Shown in pieces: positions 58,345 through 64,000 of a stretch of DNA of 64,000 nucleotides; the first letter of the stretch is position 1, and the number at the start of each line of letters is the position of its first letter. The notes under the pieces were generated by a model. That model saw only the letters and a program-made list of their open reading frames with translations. It made no database searches and was not told the DNA's origin. A program made the position numbers and the translations under genes. This stretch comes from the human T2T-CHM13v2.0 reference genome, Homo sapiens, in NCBI RefSeq assembly GCF_009914755.1, contig NC_060936.1; one strand, given 5' to 3'.

Positions 58345-58750
58345 ATGTAGTGGCTGGCAGGAAACAGATGACACTCTCAAACAGGGTAGTTGAGGAGAGC
58401 TAATAAAGGGACCATTTACCAAGGTGTAGTTAGGATTAAGAGAAAGCAAACTGGGATGGTGCTGTGCTATGGGCTAGCAACAGCAGGAAGTCATTTCTGT
58501 CCCTAGGTCTGAAGAGGGAAGCAGGGGAGCCAACACCAAGGAACCAGAGATCTTAGAGTCTGAAAGTCTGCATGATAGAAGCCATGGCCTTTAGTAGAGG
58601 GATCTTGCCTACTCTTAGCAGCCTGGCTTGGAGGGGCCTGGGGAAATAATACCCCAACCTCTCTCCTCTTCTTCAATATTGATGACTTCCATTGGTTAAT
58701 ATCAAACTGGAAGTTGGAGAGAAAGGGAGTCTATCTATACAAGTCAGCAC
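58345..58750. mobile_element. Old ERVL-type solo LTR (LTR33/41-like; family uncertain)
   Basis: caggaaacagatgacac...aaagggaccatttac motif shared with the LTR at 60525. Confidence 0.5.
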
Positions 58751-60524
58751 CCTGTAGCCCAGAAGAGAGTAAAAAGGGGGTAAAAAGCAATTTCCGAGGG
58801 ACAAACAGAAAACACCCAGCACAGAAGGAGGAACAAACATTTGGAGGAACAAACAGAAAATATCAGAAAACATTTTAATCCTGGGTCCTGGGACGTCATG
58901 GAAGGTTTTGAAGTTAGGAGCACCGCCATCCTCTAGGGGGAGCTCAAGCATTTCTCTCCACTCATCCCAAAGGCGGTGCATCAAAAGATCAGGGTGAAAC
59001 TGACTTCAAGGAAAGAGCCCTCGGCTAGAGGAAGAAGCCTGGAGAAGTAAAGGGATTGCTCCTGGAATTGGAAATCTACCCTTTGCACTTCTATTTACTG
59101 CATTTGGATTGATTTGCAAGAATAACCATTAAAATAATCAAAGCTAAAAGTAAGTATGTACTGTGTGCCAAGTTCTTGACTCATTTGGCACAACTCTTCG
59201 GAGGTAAGCACCATTGAAATTCTCACCTTCTAGATTAAGAGGCTGATAGAACCTGGATTTGAGCCCATTGACAAAGGACCACTCTCTGCTCTGTTCTGTT
59301 CTCATGCTGCTGGTTTAGTCAGCTGAGTCAAAGGTTGCCTTTGCTTAGAAGGCCTAACAAAACCAGAGCAGGGTCCATGGAAAAGGAGACATGAAAAGGG
59401 ACATATTTCCTGGTAAGATTTGTATTCATTTAACAATTTTAAGCACATATTTAATAACCAGGCACTCACTACCTGGCAAGCTCTGAGCCAGGTGCAGGGT
59501 ATCCGAGGGAACTAGGAGAGAGGCACTAAGTGCTGTACTAAGAACCTGAATGAGTGCATTTGAGTCCTGGGTCTGCTACATGTGTGACCTAGGAAAAGTC
59601 ACTTAAATCATTTAACTGTCTCCTCATCTTTAACATATAGATGGTTAAAAAGTACACAGCACTTGGAATAATAAACGGGCAGATTGTTAATGTTGAAGGT
59701 GTGAGCTGCTGTTCTTACAACACAATGTCAGCCCTTGAAGCTCTTACAGTAGATGGAAAGATGGAGATGAGTAGGATCTAATTATTGGCCAAGTGCAAAG
59801 GAGCTAAAAAGGCCACCCACGCTGCTACTTACTTCAGCAATACCCAAGGAAACAAGGGCAAAAAAAGAGCTCTAGAGGCTCTTCTTGGTCTAGCCCTGCT
59901 TTTGAGTTTGGGGCCAAAGCTCTAATTCACTCTAATTCAGGGGTGTTAGCAAGGTTCTTGTCTGGCATTCTAGCTCTGAACAGTTGATACCAGCTTCCTG
60001 AACCATGTGTTAAGAGAGATCTCAGACTGCATGTAGAGAACGTATGCCTTGAGAGATAAGTGATGTCTGCCATTGATTGAGGGTGGAGAGGAGGAGCCAA
60101 GTGGTTCTAGAACAGTGTCCTTTTGCCTAGAATGTCCCTACAGCAGGAGCAGCTGGGCAAGACTCAGAAGTCCTGATTATAATCACAGATTAAGGTGACC
60201 AACTATCCCAGTTTGCCTAGGACTGTTCCACTTTTAGAACTGAAATTCCTGCAACCCAGAAAACCTCTCAATCTTGGGCACATCCCAATCAGCTTTGCAG
60301 GCTTTCTCTATCTGACAATACCAAAAAAAAAAACAACAACTATGAGCTCTGACTAGAAGAGATTACTCTTTTTGTCTTGGCCAATTTCAGCCTGTGAAAA
60401 TGCATCTTATTCTGGCCTGTATGTGCCAGCCATATGCCCTCAAATGTTCCCCCACTTCACAATAGCTGACCTCCATACCTCTCTCCTTTCTCAGCTATTT
60501 TTCCTGCTGTATCCACTGACGCCT

Positions 60525-63190
60525 TAGTAGGAAACAGATGGCACCATCAAAGGGTTTAGCTGAAGAGAATTTCATACAGGGATTATTTACAGAGGCGTGG
60601 GCAGGGTTAATGGAACCAACAAGAGCTGGGGAGACAGTCAGGGATTAGCTCTTACCACAGGAGGTCTGCAGGGACAAAGGGAGGGGATGCTGTTACCAGC
60701 CTGGTAAGAGCTGAAACTGTGCAGGAGAGGTCACTGGGCCTGGGAGCTGGAGCCTCTGTCTCATCTGCGGTGTGGCAGAGAGGAAAGAGGAGGAGGGCAT
60801 AAAAATCCCTGGCCCGGCTCTCCTCCTGCCCTCTGGCCTCTTGCCAGTAGTTTCTTGCCAGAGTGCAAGGAAAAGCAAATGAAACAACAGGTCTAGTAGA
60901 GGGCAGCCTCCCAGGCCGCAGAGCGTGACAGGAAAAGGCAGAGAACAGATCTAAGAATAACCATCCCAGGCCACCCTATTGTCACTCAGCTTCCATTCTA
61001 ACACTTTACTTAGCCAAAGAAACTCAGGTCCTCAACACAGGGAAAACATAGTCTCATCAGCTACTGTATCACTGAGTGATGATGTATTTCAGTCATATTA
61101 CTTCCTGGACCCTAAACTGTAACTTTAGTCACCACCAGGATGCAAGGCAGCAAAGAAAGGTAAAAAAATAAATAACTATCATACTACAGCTCCACATCTA
61201 AGCATTTCTAATCTAATAATCCTGACTTCCTCCTCCCAGCACTCGTTCCATAATTCTTTACCCTCACCTAGCATCTTGACAGTTAAGGTGTCTTACTTGA
61301 TGGGGTGAGCCAAACCTTCCTTGCCACAGGATCCGGGTGGTTCCATCTTTGTTGAGTTGCTGCCGTTTCTCATTGACCATTACTACTGGACATGGGAGTG
61401 CAATGAATCCCATGGGCTCTAGATACAGTGTTGTTTCCATGTGATAGCAAAAATCCCAATTTCTCCTTGATAATCAAAATTAATCATACCAGTCCATACA
61501 AACAGCCAATGCTCTGCCTTTGATCAGTGTTGTGAACAACCTGAAATGTTGAAGGGGCATTCTCAGTGTTTCCTAGTAGAAATATATCTCCCCCTTGGGC
61601 ACAAGAACCTCACGCCCATTAGATGCAATGTTTTAGGGACAAGAAGACAGTATTATTGAAGTGGGTTATTACTCATCCTGAGTTCCCAGAGCCATGTATT
61701 CAACACCATGTATCAACCACTGATCTGACCACTTATAGGACAGCACCCCAACTTCACAAGATGTTGTCTCCCAGCAGGCTCCATAAATGAGCCTTCGATA
61801 GGACATTTCATCATTCCATCAATCTAGCTGCTTCCAGGTAAGAACAATGAATTCTACGATGTGAGCGTAATACCACAGCTGTTTCACTGTAAATGAGTTC
61901 CTTGATCAGTGACAATGCTGTGTGTGACACCATGGGGATGAATAAGGCAGCCTATCAACCACATATGGTAGTGCTGGCGGAAGCAACATGCACAGGAAAG
62001 GGAAGTTACTCTCCAGTATATGTAATTATTCCCATGAAGACAAATTCCTGCCCCTTCCATAATGTAGTGGTCTGATATTATCAACCTGGGTGGCTGATAC
62101 TTCCAAGAAATAGTGCCAAATAAGGGTTCAGTGTTGCCTTCCGTTTTAGAAATCTGGGCACTCAGCAGTGACAGTGGCAGATCAGCTGTGATGTGAGGAA
62201 GTCCATGTTTATTTATTTCATTGCCTCTGTTCCTATTCCCATGGCCACTTTGTACATGAGACATTTACCCAAGCACAAACATGGCCAGTGTCTTAGCATG
62301 CTCAACTGCTTTAACAAAACGCCGTAAACTGGGTTGTTTATAAACAGCAGAAATTTATTTCTCACAATTTTGGAGGCTGGGAAGTTCAAGATCAAGGTTC
62401 TAGCAGACTCTGCGTCTGGTGAGAGCCTGTTTCCTGGTTCACAGAGGGCCACCTTCTGTGTCTTCATATGGTGGAAAGGGCTATGCAGCTCTCTGGGATT
62501 TCTTTTATAAGGGCACTAATCCCATTCATAAGGGCACTTAACCTCCCTGGGGACTTAACCTCCCAGTGGCCTCACTTCCTAATACCATTCACATTGGTGA
62601 TTAGGTTTCCACATATGAGTTTTGAAGGGACACAAATATTTAGACCATAGCAGCCAGGGAAGGAGGCTCACTACAACCAAGGGATAGGTCATCTTGGCCA
62701 CCTCCTCATTTAGCTTTCTGTGAGGTAGATGTCCTCTGGGGGAACATTTATATGCTATTCAAATAGCCTCAAAGACTAGCCATTTTTAGAGGTCCATTAT
62801 ATAACTTCCCTTTAGGTGATCTTGGCACCAACCTTCCAGGTCCCTGATAATTTGACCAACCCATTAGCCCCTGCCTGTGTATTTCAGGAAACCTCAACTT
62901 ATCCCTTCTTTCATGTCAGTGGCCAACCAGATGTACTTCCTGAAGTTCTGTCTATGGGAAGATTTTCCTATGGCTTGCAGAGCCACCCCAGACAGATAAT
63001 TCTTAAACCAGACCAGGCCACTGTCACCCTCTTTTCTCATCAAAGGGTCATAGGGAATACCCGGGGAGACCAGAGGTACGGTTTGAGGGAAAGGCGGGAA
63101 GCAGTAAGAAGTCTGACTCATCAGCTTTTGCAGAGAAGAGAAGTGCTGAGAATAGATCTGAGGGTGTGAGGGGATAAAGAATAACAGCTC
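60525..63190 (-). mobile_element. Degraded ERVL/MaLR-class provirus remnant (LTR plus internal pol/integrase debris), interrupted by an MLT1A-type LTR (about 62287-62652)
   Basis: LTR-like 60525-60960; minus-strand peptide HGVTHSIVTDQGTH resembles the integrase catalytic G.P.SI.SDQGTHF motif; MLT1A motifs aaatttatttctcacaattttggaggctgggaagttcaagatc. Confidence 0.7.
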
Positions 63191-63639
63191 ACCCACGTCT
63201 GTGCAGTTCTTTACCCTAAAGTTTAAGTGAAATGATTCTTCATCAAGCTTCTTCTCACTTGATTTAAGAAAATCCTTAGAGATATAACAGCATCAATATT
63301 GCAAACCAATAAGGAAACAAAGCAATAGCTTAGCCCTTGACATATATTTCTGATAAGTAATGTATTTCATGGTCTTTCCTAAATGTACATGAGGTAGAAG
63401 TAGATATATCCAATATCTATACTTAATTGATTTTTGCCAGAAAGTCTATCTTGAAATGTGAGCTTCTGATAAATTCCTTCTATTTGTGCTTTTTTAGAAC
63501 AAGTTCCATTTTTATGTTGTCTTTGTCAGTGACGGAGGAAATCAGATCAATTTTTTAAAGTCAGTTTTTTATATAAGCATTACTGAAACTATTGAAATCT
63601 GAATATGGTGTTTTTAAAATAAACTGTGTTAAACTAATT

Positions 63640-63822
63640 TGTAATATCAGAAGTCAGGAAGGGAAGCATGAGGGGGCATCTAGGGGCTGGTAATGTTGTG
63701 TTTCCTCCTGTGGGTATTGGTTACCTGAGTTAATTTTTTTTTGTGAAATTACAACAAGCTGTGCACTTATGAAAGTTGTACTTTTCTATACATGTATTCT
63801 TATTCAATAAAAAGAAAAAAAT
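63640..63822 (+). mobile_element. Old L1 3' end
   Basis: ggggctggtaatgtt...caagctgtgcacttatga...ttcaataaaaa. Confidence 0.7.
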
Positions 63823-64000
63823 GAAAGGTGCTCCATATAATGATGACCTTTTGGCAAACATTTCCATGAAATAGAAACTAGATGAAAAAATTTTATGAAA
63901 TGCTGCGTAATTAGTGGATTCTTCTGGCTAAACAGCCCATCAAAAACACTTACTAAAGACCTAGAATTATTAAAGACCTAAGAATGCAATGACTTGCATT

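Noticed and set aside
61884-62264. 126-aa ORF with integrase-like tail as a domesticated gene
   Set aside because: Only a short motif is recognisable, the frame is a mosaic of shifted fragments, and an MLT1 insertion interrupts the region.

Overview
Hominid (almost certainly human) genomic DNA from the 5' part of the POC1B locus (from memory 12q21.33). POC1B runs on the minus strand: exon 1 CDS 41737-41751, exon 2 40976-41060, exon 3 13044-13215, exon 4 7805-7984, all with GT-AG sites and consistent phases. The intronless GALNT4 gene (CDS 38669-40405, 578 aa) is nested on the same strand in the 27.8 kb POC1B intron 2. An in-frame internal acceptor at 40296 explains the POC1B-GALNT4 fusion, which lacks the GALNT4 membrane anchor. 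Intron 2 also holds a nested insertion on the + strand: an old L1 was hit by a full-length CENPC retrocopy (15755-18946), and an SVA (18952-20458) with an atypical (CCCTAT)n head then inserted into the retrocopy's right-hand target-site duplication (TSD). The retrocopy's lesions split it into ORFs that roughly match CENP-C modules, including a 77-aa N-terminal ORF covering the MIS12-binding region. The rest is a CpG island and ordinary Alu, L1, L2, MIR, LTR and MER repeats. The genes are known. The best candidates for something undescribed are the CENP-C N-terminal microprotein and the nested-TSD retrocopy/SVA structure, and any function for these is hypothetical. Repeat boundaries and families were judged by eye and are approximate.
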